DNA of 63,414 nt, counting the filler, from Chiloscyllium plagiosum (Eukaryota): the NCBI RefSeq assembly GCF_004010195.1. It is 5 parts of one record of this genome, joined end to end, with 100 filler letters (N's around TTAATTAATTAA, not from the genome) between each part and the next. Parts side by side here need not be neighbours in the genome. Positions count along the whole stretch, not along the records: positions 1 to 25,494 come from NC_057714.1; 4 more parts are not named here. One strand, given 5' to 3'. This document shows positions 1 through 13,931 of this stretch, one piece after another (the stretch's first letter is position 1; each line of letters begins with the position of its first letter). The position numbers and the translations under genes were made by a program. The notes beneath the pieces were generated by a model. That model did no database searches. It was not told where the DNA came from and worked only from the letters and a program-made list of their open reading frames with translations.

Positions 1-430
1 CAGGGTTGGAGGATTTGAGTTATTGGGACAGGCTGGAGCGTCAGAGGCTGAGGGATGACCTTCTAGAGGTTTACAAAATCATGAGGGGCATGGATAAGAT
101 AAATAGACAAAGTCTTTTCCCTGGGGTGGGGGGAGTCCAGAACTAGAGGGCATAGGTTTAGGGTGAGAGGGGAAAGATATAAAAGAGACCTAAGGGGCAA
201 CTTTTTCATGCAGAAGGTTGTACGTGTATGGAATGAGCTGCCGGAGGAAGTAGTGGAGGCTGGTACAAATGCAGCATTTGAAAAGTATCTGGATAGGTAT
301 ATGAATAGGAAGGGTTTCAAGGGATATGGACTGGGTGCTGGCAAATGGGAATAGATTAGTTCAGGATATCTGGACAGCATGGACGAGTTGGACCAAAGGG
401 TCTGTTCCCCCGCTGTATATCTCTATGACT
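1..430 (+). mobile_element. CR1/HER1-type LINE 3' end
   Basis: RGNFFxQxVVRVWNELPEEVVEA C-terminal motif and 3' tail ending ctctatgact. Confidence 0.9.
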
Positions 431-619
431 AAGTGTTTGCATTACCAGTTTAGTTAATAATTTCTTTAGTGGAGGGTAAATTAACTTCAATTTTTTGATG
501 GAACCTTCGTCAAATGCACCGCATTATAATAAAGTGAGCTTTACTGAATTGCCAAGAAGGCTCAAAGGGCAAAGTGATCATTTTTGCTTCTATCAATTAT
601 GTCCTTGTTGCACAGGGTC

Positions 620-702
620 AGAAGTCACAACACCAGGTTATAGTCCTACAGGTTTATTTGAAATCACAAGCTTTCGGGGTGATGGTCCTTCAACAGGTGA
701 AG
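620..702 (-). mobile_element. Degraded Penelope-like terminal fragment (similar copy at ~1095-1172)
   Basis: acaccaggttatagtcc..caggtttatttg..agcttt is shared with the palindrome at 13932-14077. Confidence 0.6.
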
Positions 703-1668
703 TATCCATCCCAGTCAAAAATCAGCACCTTGTTGTATTTTCAATGCTAAGCTACTTACAAGATCATTTGTAAAACTAAACACAAGTGTGGATACTGTAA
801 TGTTCAAAATTAAAAACAACAATATTTTCAGCCTTTTATCTTTTCCTTTCATGTTAGAAAGCTCATTGATATACCCTTTAACCTGTTCAGTTCTAGCATC
901 ACTCCCTACTAACACACCCACTACACCCACCCCACCCTTACTTCCTGCCAACACCCCAGCCTCAAACTCAAGCCTCAACAGTTGGGTGAAATTCTTGCAG
1001 AATAAAAATGAATCGGAGTTTCTGGTCTTGTATCAAATTCAAAGTATAATTTGATCCACTTAAGCAAAATATCTACCTTTTCTGATGCCATTGTTAAAAA
1101 TCACATGACACCAGGTTATAGTCCAATAGGTTTATTTGGAAACATTAGCTTAGAGTGCCACTCCATCAGGTGTTGAGTTGTGCTTAAATTTACTTAATCT
1201 CTTATTCATACCAGTTAGAACACCAAAGGTGAATTTAAATCTCTTTCTAGCAACCAAACTAAGCTTTGGTGTTAACTTTCTTGAACATTCCTTTTACTTT
1301 AAATCCATGTACCAGTGGAAATATAACAAGTCATTAATGAAAGGTTCTCCAGACTGATCATTATACCGGGCTCCAGAAATTGGTGCTAGATATTTGCATG
1401 TAGTGGGTGTGATTTAAAAAAGAACTGAACCTCAGATGGAATTTCTCATTAATTCTTAGATGATTGAACACCATTATTTAAATATGTGTCTTCAACCTAG
1501 ACTAAACTAATTAAATTTAATGATGCTGCAGAAGTCAATTAATGCATGCCCACCCCCATCTATCAAATGCTGCATCTGGTGCTGTCAATAGTGAATTGCT
1601 TTAAGCTGTACGCTGCTATCATGAAAAGCTGTAGTGTTACAAAAAAAATTCTTGACAAATATATTCAC

Positions 1669-1749
1669 CTGTATTTAGGAAAACTGTCTGAGTTCTCCCT
1701 CAGCAGCAGATCAGTGATCAGGGCTTCAGGGTTAGATCTCTTGCCATAC
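1669..1749 (-). CDS. NPY: Neuropeptide Y precursor exon 3 (R35-Y36-GKR + C-terminal flanking peptide CPON)
   Basis: ttatttgtttacaacag|G TAT GGC AAG AGA TCT AAC CCT GAA...AAA TAC AG|gtgaat; 81 bp, phase 2/2. Encodes (R)YGKRSNPEALITDLLLRENSDSFPKY(R), a typical NPY amidation/cleavage site and CPON. Exon 4 was not found and is presumably left of the window. Confidence 0.93.
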
Positions 1750-1867
1750 CTGTTGTAAACAAATAACCAAAACATTTTTAAACAATTACCAAATTTGTTC
1801 AGTTCATTCATTCTGCAAATATTTAAATACGTTTCTCTTAAAGAAAGTGGAGTACGCACATCAAACA

Positions 1868-2770
1868 AATTCTGCAGATGACAACAAAATTGGAGGTGTA
1901 GTGGACAGTGAAAGAGGTTATCTCAGATTAAAACGGGATCTTGATCAGATGGGCTAAGAGGTGACAGATGGAGTTTAATGCAAGGTGCTGCATTTTGGGA
2001 AAGCAAATCTTAGCAGGACTTATACACTTAATGGTAAGGTCCTAGGGAGTGTTACTGAACAAAGAGACCGTGGACTGCAGGTTCATAGCTCCTTGAAAGT
2101 GGAGTCGCAGGTAGATAGGATAGTGAAGAAAGTGTTTGGTATGCTTTCCTTTAATGGTCAGAATATTGAGTACAAGAGTTGGGAGGTCATGTTGCGGCTG
2201 TACAGGACATTGGTTAGGCCACTGTTGGAATATTGCATGCAATTCTGGTCTCCTTCCTATCGGAAAGATGTTGTGAAACTTGAAAGGGTTCAGAAAAGAT
2301 TTAAGGATGTTGCCAGGGTTGGAGGATTTGAACTATAGGGAGAGGTTGAATAGGCTAGGGCTGTTTTCCCTGAAGTGTTGGAGGCTGATGGATGACCTTA
2401 TAGGGGTTAACAAAATCATGAGGGGCATGGATAGGATAAATAGACAGTCTTTTCCTGGGGTCGGGGAGTCCAGAACAAGAGGGCATAGGTTTAGGGTGAG
2501 AGGGGAAAGATGTAAAAGAGACCTGAGGGGCAACTTTTTCATGCAGAAGGTGGTACATGTATGGAATGAGCTGCCAGAGGAAGTGGTTGTAGTACAATTG
2601 CAACATTTAAGAGGCATTTGGATGGGTATACGAATAGGAAGGGTTTGGAAGGATGTGGGCCAGATCCTGGCAGGTGGTACCAGATGGGGTTGGGATATCT
2701 GGTCGGCATGGACGAGTTGGACTAAAGGGTCTGTTTCCATGCTGTACATCTCGAAGACTCTAAATTCTGA
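1868..2770 (+). mobile_element. CR1/HER1 LINE 3' fragment
   Basis: ADDxKIGG...LYRTLVRPLLEYC...WNELP motifs, frameshifted, with 3' tail. Confidence 0.9.
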
Positions 2771-2811
2771 TTCATTTAAACACATCCATTCAGGTTAGGA
2801 AAAACATAATA

Positions 2812-3145
2812 TGTTGTGGTTCTGTTCGCCGAGCTGGAAATTTTTGTTGCAGATGTTTCGTCCCCTGTCTAGGTGACATCCTCAGTGCTTGGGAGCCTCC
2901 TGTGAAGTGCTTCTGTGGTGTTTCCTCCGGCATTTATAGTGGCCTGTACCTGCCGCTTCTGGTTGTCAGTTTCAGCTGTCCGCTGTAGTGGCCGGTATAT
3001 TGGGTCCAGGTCGATGTATTTGTTGATGGCACTCAGGATGTCACCTAGACAGGGGACGAAACGTTTGCAACAAAAATTTCCAGCTCGGCGAACAGAACCA
3101 CAACAATGAGCACCCGAGCTACAAATCTTCACCCAAACTTTGAAA
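2812..3145. mobile_element. Penelope-like element terminus forming an inverted repeat with hammerhead motifs
   Basis: Arms 2812-2888 and 3029-3105 are reverse complements. They contain CTGAGGA-stem-GAAAC motifs. Confidence 0.7.
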
Positions 3146-3984
3146 AACACAATAAAATGAACCATTGTCAGAAATAAAAACAAATAGTGTACAGGAAGTC
3201 AATCAGAATTTGGAAGTTAGTGTAACACTACATCAGAACTGGCCAGGAATCATCTGCTTAATGAATTGTTCCATGCTCAAAAACTGCCTCACCTGAAACA
3301 TTACCTTACTTTCTATAAGTAATGAAAAGCTAGGTCAAGTGAACATTACAAGAATTTAGGTGTATATATTTTGGTGACCAGACATAAAAAAATAAACAAA
3401 GGTTAAAATGATGTTAGCCATGTATTTAGATGGCTAGAATATGAAGGGGAGGAAATTTTGTTCCAGTTATACAAACCCCTGGTTAGACCACATCTAGAAT
3501 GCTCTGTACAATTCTGGACACTAAGAGAAGATACATTGGTCTCAGAAAGATCTCAGTATAGACTCACCAGACTACTATCTGCACTGCAAAATACATAGAC
3601 CATAAAGCGCAAAAAGGTGACAGTCCAAATGGTCCATGCCAGTGTCTGAGTTCCATTCTTGCCTTCTCTTGCTCCTCCTCCTCAAACTATCAATATAACC
3701 CTGCATTTACATTTATGGAGAAGCCAGATATGTACCCATAGCAGTTCCCTCAACTACTCCTGGTGAGAATAAGTTCCATATCCTCACTGAGTGTATTGTG
3801 GGTAAAGACGTTTGTTCTGAATTTCCTATCAGTGGTGAACTTATATAACGGCCTCTAGTTTTTCTCTATACTCCAAATGATAATGTTTTCTGTGTGTCTG
3901 ATCTATCAGTACAGTTACCCCTCACCTTCTTGTTTGAAGGGAACAGTGACCCGGCCTGTCCATCCTTTAATGAAGGATATTAGA

Positions 3985-4187
3985 TTAGATTACAGTGTGG
4001 AAACAGGCCCGTCNNNNCCTGCACATCTTTGGACTGTGGGAGGAAACCGGAGCACCTGGAGGAAACCCACGCAGACACGGGGAGAACTTGAAAACTCCAC
4101 ACAGTCAGTCGCCTGAGTCGGGAATTGAACCCGGGTCTCTGGCGCTGCGAGGCAGCAGTGCTAATCACTGTGCCACTGTGCCGCCCA
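3985..4187 (-). mobile_element. HE1/V-SINE (with small internal gap)
   Basis: tRNA-derived head ggcacagtggcacagtg..gcactgctgcctc..gggttcaattcc, V-domain gtctgcgtgggtttcc and CR1-like tail. Confidence 0.88.
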
Positions 4188-4908
4188 CAAGTTTGCAATT
4201 CTAGTGTCATCCTTGTAAACCATTTTGCTCACTCTACAGCACTCGCCATTAATATTGTATTATTAAATAAATGTAGATTACAAAAACTAGGATTTTCCCT
4301 GGAATTTGGGTTGATTGAGGTTTAAAAATGAAATGATGTGGTAGATTCTACCGCAAAGAATGTAATTTTTAAATCAGAGATAAGTCATTCAGAAGAGATG
4401 TTAGGAAATATTTCTTCATCCAAAGGGAAGTATAAAACTCTGTCCTACAAAGAAACAGCAAATTTTAGCTTAACAAATAATTTTAAACACAAGCTTGATG
4501 GATTTTTGCTAGTTGAGGATATTAAGGGATATAGTGCCAAGGAAAGTGGTTGGAATTAGGATTTATGTCAGCTGTCATTTCATGGAAAGGTAGAACAGAC
4601 TTGAGAAACTTAATCATGTACTTCTGTTTACTTCCTTGCACCCAGATCCTCAGAAAAAGACTGAATATCTACAAGTAGCTGATATTAAATTATAACTGTT
4701 GTTTCTCAACACTATTCATTACCTGCATCAGGTCTGGTTTAAACAAAGTCAAAGAACTAAAGTTGTACACAGTTAAAAGGGCTTTATCATGCAATAGAAG
4801 CCTTATTTGTGTAGAATCAAGGATTCAGAGCTATGCTTGTTACATATGGCGTCTGCTTCCCATTAGTTTCAATTCACATGCTGCAGCTGTACAAAATTGT
4901 GTACATTT

Positions 4909-7900
4909 CTGGTCACCACATAAGGAGGAGGTGGAAGCTTTGGAAAGGATTCAGTGAAGATTTACTAGGATGTTGCCTCGTATGAGGGGAGGCCTTATGA
5001 GGAAAGGTTGAGGGACTTGAGGCTGTTTTTGTTAGAGAGAAGGTTGGGAGGCGACTTATTTGAGACACAAGATAATCAGAGGGTTAGATAGGTTGGACAG
5101 AGAGCTTTTTTCCCCCGGTTGGCGAAGGCTAGCACGAGGGGACATAGCTTTAAATTGAGGAGTGATACATATAGGTCAGATGTCAGAGGTAGTTTCTTTA
5201 CAGAGAGAAGTAGAGGCGTGGAATGCACTGCCTGCAACAGTAGTAGACTTGCCAAATTTAACGGCATTTAAATGGTTATTGGATATAGATATGGAAAAGA
5301 ATGGAATAGTGTAGGTCAGATGGGCTTCAAATTGGTTCCACAGGGCCTTTGTGACTCATATCTTTTTCAAGCAAGGATTTCATTTTTTGATGCATACTGC
5401 TTTGTTGAATCATTCTGCTTCAAGTTTTTAAAAAGTGTAACCAGTATGTTGCAAAGACATGGGAAAGATATACATGTCTTCCTCATTGTCTGAAGTTCTA
5501 AAAACCTCTAATTAGTTCTAATTAGTCACAGAGTCTAGGACACCAAGGGAATCAAAAGAAGATAACTCAAAAATAGCAGGAGGAGTTAGAGAAAATATAT
5601 ACACACACATGACAATGGCAGCTTAAATTTGAAAAGTAAAATACTGAACATGAGTTGGAGGAAACATTGACAGTGACACATATTCCACAAATAGAGTTTA
5701 AAAGTCATGGGCGAAGTTAAAATAGATCTCATGTGATGGTAGACTCACTCCGAGTTAAAGTTAAAGTTGGTGATGTCAGTAGCACAAAATGGAAAAGAAA
5801 ATAGTCATGGTGTAATCTGTAAATTCATCATCAGCCCATTTTGCACAAGTACTGTCGACTGATTTCACCCTCAACATACACAACCAATGTAGAGAGTGAT
5901 AATCATTAAAATCAACAGAATATTGGATACCACAAGAAAAACAACAGAAAATGAATTAGAGAACGCCACAATCACACTGTACAGTGCTTGGGGTCGGATC
6001 ACATCTTGACTCCCCATTCTGATGAAGGGTTTTCAACCCAAAACCTTAACATTTGTTTGCTTCTCTACGGTGCCGCCTGATTGTCTGAGGCCTATAGCAT
6101 TTTGGCTTTATTCCAAGAATATAGTGTCCAGTTCTGCTCAATGAAGCACAAAGAAGGCAAGGTGAGTGTTGAGGCAATGCAAAGAAAAGATACAAACCTG
6201 ATTGCTGGTGCCGAGGATCAGGTATCCTGATAGCAAATGTTTTTAGGCTAATCTGATGGGAAAAGTAGAGCTGGTTCTTTAATAGGATTTACTTGTGACT
6301 GCAGAATAATTGGATGCAGGTTCAAACCTGTGAAAGGACTGATGTTCAAAAATATTTATTTCCACAGAGTGATCAAATCATTGAAGGGCATTCAGATACT
6401 CAGGGATGAAAACCATAGAATCATTTCACAATTGAATGCTTTATGGAGAGCCTGTAGTGTCTATCTGCATCCTACTCTTGGGAAATAAGGCAGGGCAGGT
6501 GACTGAGGTGTCAGTGGGGGGAGCACTTTGGGGCCAGCAATCATAATTCTATTTGTTTTAAAATCGTGATGGAAAGGATAGACCAGATCTAAAAGTTGAA
6601 GTTCTAAATTGGACAAAGACCAATTTTGACGGTATTAGACAAGAACTTTTGAAAGCAGATTGGAAAATGGGAAGCCTTCAGAAATGAGATAACAAGAATC
6701 CAGAGAAAGTATATTCCTGTCAGGGTGAAAGGAAAGGCTGGTAGGTATAGGGAATGCTGGATGACTAAAGAAATTGGTTTGGTTAAGAAAAAGAAGGAAG
6801 CATATGTCAGGTATAGACAGGATAGATCGAGTGAATCCTGAGAAGAGTATAAAGGAAGTAGAGTATACTTAGGAGGGAAATCAGGAGGGCAAAAAGGGGA
6901 CATGAGATAGCTTTGGCAAATAGTATTAAGGAGAATCCAAAGGGTTTTTACAAATATATTAAGGACAAAAGGGTAACCAGGGAGAGATTAGGGCCCCTCA
7001 AATATCAGCATGGTGGCCTTTTTGTGGAGCCCCAGAAAATGGGGGAGATACTAAATGAATATTTTGCATCAGTATTTACTGTGGAAAAGGATATGGACGA
7101 TATAGACTATATGGAAATAGATGGTGACATTTTGCAAAATATCCAGATTAGAGGAGGAAGTGCTGGATGTCTTGAAACAGGTAAAGGTGGATAAATCCCC
7201 AGGACCTGATCAGGTGTATCCAAGAATTCTGTGGAAAGCTAGAGAAGTGATTGCTGGGCCACTTGCTGAGATATTTGTATAATCGATAGTCACAGGTGCG
7301 ATGCCGGAAGACTGGAGGTTGACAAACATGGTGCCACTGTTTAAGAAGGGCGGTAAAGACAAGCCAGGGAACTATAGACCAGTGAGCCTGACCTCGGTGG
7401 AGGGCAAATTGTTGGAGGGAATCCTGAGGGACAGGATGTACATGTATTTGGAAAGGCAAGGACTGATTAGGGATAGTCAACATGGCTTTGTGCGTGGGAA
7501 ATCATTTCACAAATTTGATTGAGTTTTTGAAGAAGTAACAAAGAGGATTGATGAGGGCAGAGCAGTAGATGTGATCTATATTGACTTCAGTAAGGCGTTC
7601 GACAAGGTTCCCCATGGGAGACTGATTAGCAAGGTTAGATCTCATGGAATACAGGGAAAGCGAGCCATTTGAATAGAGAACTGGCTCAAAGGTAGAAGAC
7701 AGAAGGTGGTGGTGGTGGTGGAGGGTTGTTTTTCAGACTGGAGGCCTGTGACCAATGGAGTGCCACAAGGATCGGTGCTGGGTCCTCTACTTTTTGTCAT
7801 TTACATAAATGATTTGGATGCGAGCATAAGAGGTACAGTTAGTAAGTTTGCAGACGACACCAAAATTGGAGGTAGAGTGGACAGCGAAGAGGTTTACCTC

Positions 7901-10228
7901 AGATTACAACAGGATCTGGATCAGATGGGCCAATGGACTGAGAAGTGGCAGACAGAGTTTAATTCAGATAAATGCGAGGTGTTGCATTTGGGAAAGAAAA
8001 TCTTAGCAGGACTTATACACTTAATGGGAGTGTGCTGAACAAAGAGACCTAGGATGCAGGTTCATAGCTCCTTGAAAGTGGAGTCGCAGGTAGATAGGAT
8101 AGTGAAGAAGGCATTTGGTATGCTTTCCTTTATTGGTCAGAGTATTGAGTACAGGAGTTGGGAGGTCATGTTGCGGCTGTACAGGACACTGGGTTAGGCC
8201 ACTTTTGGAATATTGCATGCAATTCTGGTCTCCTTCCTATCGGAAGGATGTTGTGAAACTTGAAAGGGTTCAGAAAAGATTTACAAGGATGTTGCCAGAG
8301 TTGGAGGATTTGAGCTATAGGGAGAGGCTGAACAGGCTGGGGCTGTTTTCCCCGGAGCATCGGAGGCTGAGGGGTGACCTTATAGAGGTTTTCAAAGTTA
8401 TGTGGGGTATGAATAGGGTAAATAGACAGTCTTTTCCCTGGGGTCAGGAAGTCCAGAACTAGACCACATAGGTTTAGGGTGAGAGGAGAAAGATATAAAA
8501 AAGACCTACGGAGCAACTTTTTCATGCAGGTGGTACGTGTATGGAATGAGCTGCCAGAGGAAGTGGTGGAGGCTGCTACAATTGCAACATTTAAGAGGCA
8601 TTTGGATGTGTATATGAATAGGAAGGGTTTGGAGGAATATGGGCCGGGTGCTGGCAGGTGGGACGAGATTGGGTTGAGATATCTGGTTGGCATGGACGGG
8701 TTGGACCGAAGGGTCTGTTTCCATGTTGTACATCTCTATGACTATTAAAACCTCATCTGTTATTAGCTTGTAACATATTTCTTTCAGTCCTGAAAGAAAT
8801 AGAACTTATGTCTTAACAAAGAACATTTAGTACATTCTCCCCCAAAAACAATAAATTGGTTAACTTCAAAATGACAATTGTAATACATTGAAAATGCTTG
8901 CCATATTCAGCACAGTAAGTGATCAGTTGACATCCTGGAAACATTTCACGTTGATTATACTTTCACTGCGACTGATGTAGGCTTTGGTTTTTGTTGGTTA
9001 TGTTGCACTGTCAGCTGATGGTGAGATTGGTGGATCCCATCTCCTGGCTTTTCTAGTTGCAGATCTCAGAATTATATTGAGTAAATAATGAGAGATTTCC
9101 CATTCATGAACCAAGTGATTTGTGGATAAAGAAGATCAAGGCAGATTAATTTAAATACTTTATGCACTGAACCAGAGGTAACTGGAATTCTATTTAAGTT
9201 ACGTAAGCAATTTCTGATAATAAAAAATTACTAATGCAGCTTGTTTTCACTGGAGCTTAATAATTTTTTTAATGAGCCTAGTCATGACTTCATAGAGGCA
9301 ATTATATTAGGTGTTAGTTTCTTCAAGAAAACATTAGTGGAAATAACAAATGATCAAAACTTTATTCCCCAGGAATAATCCACACTGATTTCCTAGTTAT
9401 GTTGTACAAAAGAAATACCGCTATCTGTATATTTTCTCCTTTTGGGAAAGGAGCAAAGCGATTTAAGAGTTAGTATCAGAGATTTAAGCACAAAGACAAC
9501 ATCTGGCCCATCATGTCCATGCCAGTCATCAGGCACCAAACTATTCCAGTTCCATTTTACAGAATGAGGCCTGTAGCCTTGTATGCTATGACATTTCAAG
9601 TATTTATGTAAACGCTTTTTAAATATGGTCATGGTTCCTGTCTCTATCACTTTACAGACAGTGAGTTATAAATACCCATCGAGCTCTGGGTGAAAAAACC
9701 TTTCCTCAAATCCCTTCTAAATCGACTATCTCTTAAAGCTATGCCTTCTGCTTATTGAAGCTTCTACTAAGTGGAAAGAATTCTTCCTACCTACCCTCTA
9801 ATTTTGGACATCTCAACCAGATCGCCCCTCACCTTTCTCATCTCTAAGGGAAACAACTGCAGCCTACCTGGTCAGTCTTCATAGCTGAAACATCTGAGCT
9901 CACATACACAAATCATGGAAAATGGAAGAAATTGGTAACTCTACTTGAATAAACATAATAGGGTATTGGGTTTAAACATAAAGGCAAAGTATAAAAACAA
10001 AAAAATTATTGTAAACCTCTTCTAAATTGCTACTGTGTCCAATTCTGGGGATCACACTTTAGGAAGGGGCCAAGGTCTTGGAAAGGGTGTAGCAGAAATT
10101 TAACAGAATGATACCAGGGATGAGGGAATTAGACTTGTTCCCATTAGAGGAACGTTAATATTGGGATATTATGAGAGATTTTGATATAGTAAATATAGAG
10201 AAATTAAAAGGTGCATTTGAGTTACCAA
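4909..10228. repeat. Tandem segmental duplication, copy 1 (interrupted by CR1 insertion 6472-8743)
   Basis: Colinear high similarity to 10397-13930 from ctggtcaccacat to gagttaccaa. Confidence 0.92.
6472..8743 (+). mobile_element. 5'-truncated CR1/HER1 LINE (RT domain, degenerate)
   Basis: PGNYRPVSLTS, QHGF, DFSKAFD, GVPQGSVLGP, FADD motifs. The empty site gcatc|attaaa is present in duplicate copy 2. Confidence 0.95.
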
Positions 10229-10396
10229 TTTAGCTTTCAAAGACAAAGCGGTGAAAAGAAATGCCAAGATAAGAGGTTAGCAGACTTCGTTTCAATAACA
10301 AGTGTTTAGCTTTGGAATACATCCCACAGAGGTGTGGCGGAAACAGTGAATTATAACTAGCTAAAGATAATTGGACACAAACGTGAAAAGAAATCG

Positions 10397-13300
10397 CTGG
10401 TCACCACATTATAGGAAGGATATGGAAGCTTTGGAAAGGGTTCAGAGAAGATTTACTAGGATGTTGCCCCGCATGAGGGAAGGCATTATGAGGAAAGTTT
10501 GAGGGACTTGAGGTTGTTTTTGTTAGAGAGAAGGCTGAGAGGTGACTTATTTGAGACACAAGATAATCAGAGGGTTAGATAGGTTGGACAGTGAGAGCCT
10601 TTTTCCTTGGTTGGTGAAGGCTAGCACGAGGGGACATAGCTTTAAATTGAGGAGTGATACATATAGGTCAGATGTCAGAGGTAGTTTCTTTACAGAGAGA
10701 AGTAGAGGCGTGGAATGCACTGCCTGCAACAGTAGTAGACTCGCCAAATTTAAGGGCATTTAAATGGTCATTGGATATAGATATGGACAAGAATGGAATA
10801 GTGTAAGTCAGATGGGCTTCATATTGGTTTCACAGGGCCGAAGGGCCTTTACTGCACTCTAATGTTCTATGTTGGGAGGGCTCCGTTCAGCAAATGACAG
10901 CACAAGGTGTGTGTGCGCATGCACATGAATGCACACATTTCCCCTTTGCGACTCCAATATCTTTTTCAGGCAAGGATTTCACTTTTTGATGCATACTGAT
11001 TCAAGCTTCTAAAGTTTGTAAACAGTATGTTGCAAAGACATGGGAAATATGTACATATTCTGAAGTTCTAAAAACTACTGAGGGTTGTAGATCAGAGACC
11101 TTCATTGATATTACTGCTGTTTCTAATTCACAACAATTACTTGGATTCAAAACTCAATACATATTAGTCAGAGTCTAGGACACCAAGGGAATCAAAAGAT
11201 GATAACTCAAAAATAGCAGGAGGAGTTAGAGAAAATATATACACACACACACATGACTCGACAATGGCAGCTTATATTTGAAAAGTAAAATACTGAACAT
11301 GAATTGGAGGAATAATTGACAGTGACACATATTCCACAAATAGAGTTTAAAAGTTATGGGTGAAGTTAAAATAGATCTCATGTGATGGTAGTCTGAGTTA
11401 AAGTTAAAGTTGGTGATGTCAGTAGCACAAAATGGAAGAGAAAATAGTCATGGTGTAATCTGTCAATTCATCATCAGCCCATTTTGCACGAGTACTGTCA
11501 ACTGATTTCACCCTCAACATACACAACCAATGTAGAGAGTGATAATCATTAAAATCAACAGAATATTGGATACCACAAGAAAAACAACAGAAAATGAATT
11601 AGAGAACGCCACAATCACACTGTACAGTGCTTGGGGTCAGATCACATCTTGACTCCCCATTCTGATGAAGGGTTTTCAACCCAAAACCTTAACATTTGTT
11701 TGCTTCTCTACAGTGCCGCCTGATTGGTTGAGGTCTGTAGCATTTTGGCTTTATTCCAAGAATATAGTGTCCAGTTATGCTCAATGAAGCACAAAGAAGG
11801 CAAGGTGAGTGTTGAAGCAATGCAAAGAAAAGATACAAACCTGATTGCTGGTGCCGAGGATCAGGTATCCTGATAGCAAATGTGTTTGGGCTAATCTGAT
11901 GGGAAAAGTAGAGCTGGTTCTTTAATAGGATTTACTTGTGAATACAGAACAATTGGATGCAGGTTCAAACTTGTGAAAGGACTGATGTTCAAAAATATTT
12001 ATTTCCACAGAGTGATCAAAACATTGAATGGGCATTCAGATACTCAGGGATGAAAACCATAGAATCATTTCACAATTGAATGCTTTATGGAGAGCCTGTA
12101 GTGTCTATCTGCATCATTAAAACATCATCTCTGTTATTATCTTGTAACATATTTCTTTCAGGACTGAAAGAAACAGAACTTATGTCTTAACATAAAGAAC
12201 ATCTAGTAGATTCTCCCCAAAAATAATAAATCGGTTAACTTCAAAATGACAATTGTAATACATTGAAAATGCTTGGCATTTTCAGCACAGTAAGTGATCA
12301 GTTGACATCCTGGAAACATTTCACATTGATTATACTTTCACTGCAACTGATGTAGGCTTTGGTTCTTGTTGGTTATGTTGCACTGTCAGCTGATGGTGAG
12401 ATTGGTGGATCCCATCTCCTGGCTTTTCTAGTTGCAGATCTCAGAATTATATTGAGTAAATAATGAGAGATTTCCCATTCATGAACCAAGTGATTTGTGG
12501 ATAAAGAAGATCAAGGCAGATTAATTTAAATACTTTATGCACTGAACCAGAGGTAACTGGAATTCTATTTAAGTTACGTAAATAATTTCTGATACTAAAA
12601 AATCACTAATGCAACTCATTTTCACAGGAGGAGTATTAATAATTATTTTAAGAGAGCCTAGTCATGACTTCATAGAGGCAATTATATTATGTGTTAGTTT
12701 CTTAAAGTAAACATTAGTGGAAATAACAAACGAGCTGATGGACAATAAACAAATGATCAAAACTTTATTCCCCAGGAATAATCCACACTGATTTCCTAGT
12801 TATGTTGTACAAAAGAAATACCGCTATCTGTATACTTTCTCCTTTTGGGAAAGGAGCAAAGCGATTTAAGGGTTAGTGTCAGAGATTTAAGCACAAAGAT
12901 AACATCTGGCCCATCATGTCCATGCCAGTCATCAGGCACCAAACTATTCCAGTTCCATTTTACAGAATGAGGACTGTAGCCTTGTATGCTATGGCATTTC
13001 AAGTATTTATGCAAACGCTTCTTAAATATTGTCATGGTTCCTGTCTATCACTTTACAGACAGTGAGTTATAAATACCCATCGAACTCCGGGTGAAAAAAC
13101 CTTTCCTCAAATCCCTTCTAAATCGACTATCTCTTATCTAAAAGCTATGCCTTCTGCTTATTGAAGCTTCTACTAAGTGGAAAGAATTTTTTTTTTTTTT
13201 AAGATTACTTACAGCGTGGAAACAGGCCCTTCGGCCCAACAAGTCCACACCGACCCGCCGAAGCGCAACCCACCCAGACCCATTCCCCTACAGGCAATTT

Positions 13301-13930
13301 AGCATGGCCAATTCACCTGACCTGCACATTTTTGGACTGTGGGAGGAAACTGGAGCACCCAGAGGAAACCCACGCAGACACAGGGAGAATGTGCAAACTC
13401 CACACAGTCAGTCGCCTGAGATGGGAATTGAACCCAGGTCTCTGGCGCTGTGAGGCAGCAGTGCGAACCACTGTGCCACCGTGCCACCCAAATTCTTCCT
13501 ACCTACCCTCTACATCTCAACCAGATCGCCCCTCACCTTTCTCATCTCTAAGGGAAACAACTGCAGCCTATCTGGTCAGTCTTCATAGCTGAAACATCTG
13601 AGCTCACATACACAAATCATGGAAAATGGAAGAAATTGGTAAAGCCACTTGAATAAACATAATAGGGTGTTGGGTTTAAACATAAAGGCAAAGTATAAAA
13701 ACAAGAAAATTATTGTAAACCTCTAAATTGCTACTGATGTCCAATTCTGGGGATCACACTTTAGGAAGGTGCCAAGGTCTTGAAAAGGGTATAGCAGAAA
13801 TTTAACAGAATGATACCAGGGATGAGGGAATTAGACTTGTTCCCATTAGAGGAACGTTAATATTGGGATATTATGAGGGATTTTGATATAGTAAATATAG
13901 AGAAATTAAAAGGTGCATTTGAGTTACCAA
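10397..13930. repeat. Tandem segmental duplication, copy 2 (interrupted by SINE ~13200-13489)
   Basis: Colinear with copy 1, including unique AT-rich intronic sequence. Confidence 0.92.
13200..13489 (-). mobile_element. HE1/V-SINE
   Basis: Full SINE with A-rich tail; absent from the matching site in copy 1 (gaaagaattcttcc at ~9774-9787). Confidence 0.92.
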
Positions 13931-13931
13931 T

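Noticed and set aside
63..8748. Numerous 60-175 aa ORFs as host genes
   Set aside because: Sense or antisense translations of CR1 LINE and SINE fragments that recur across the window.
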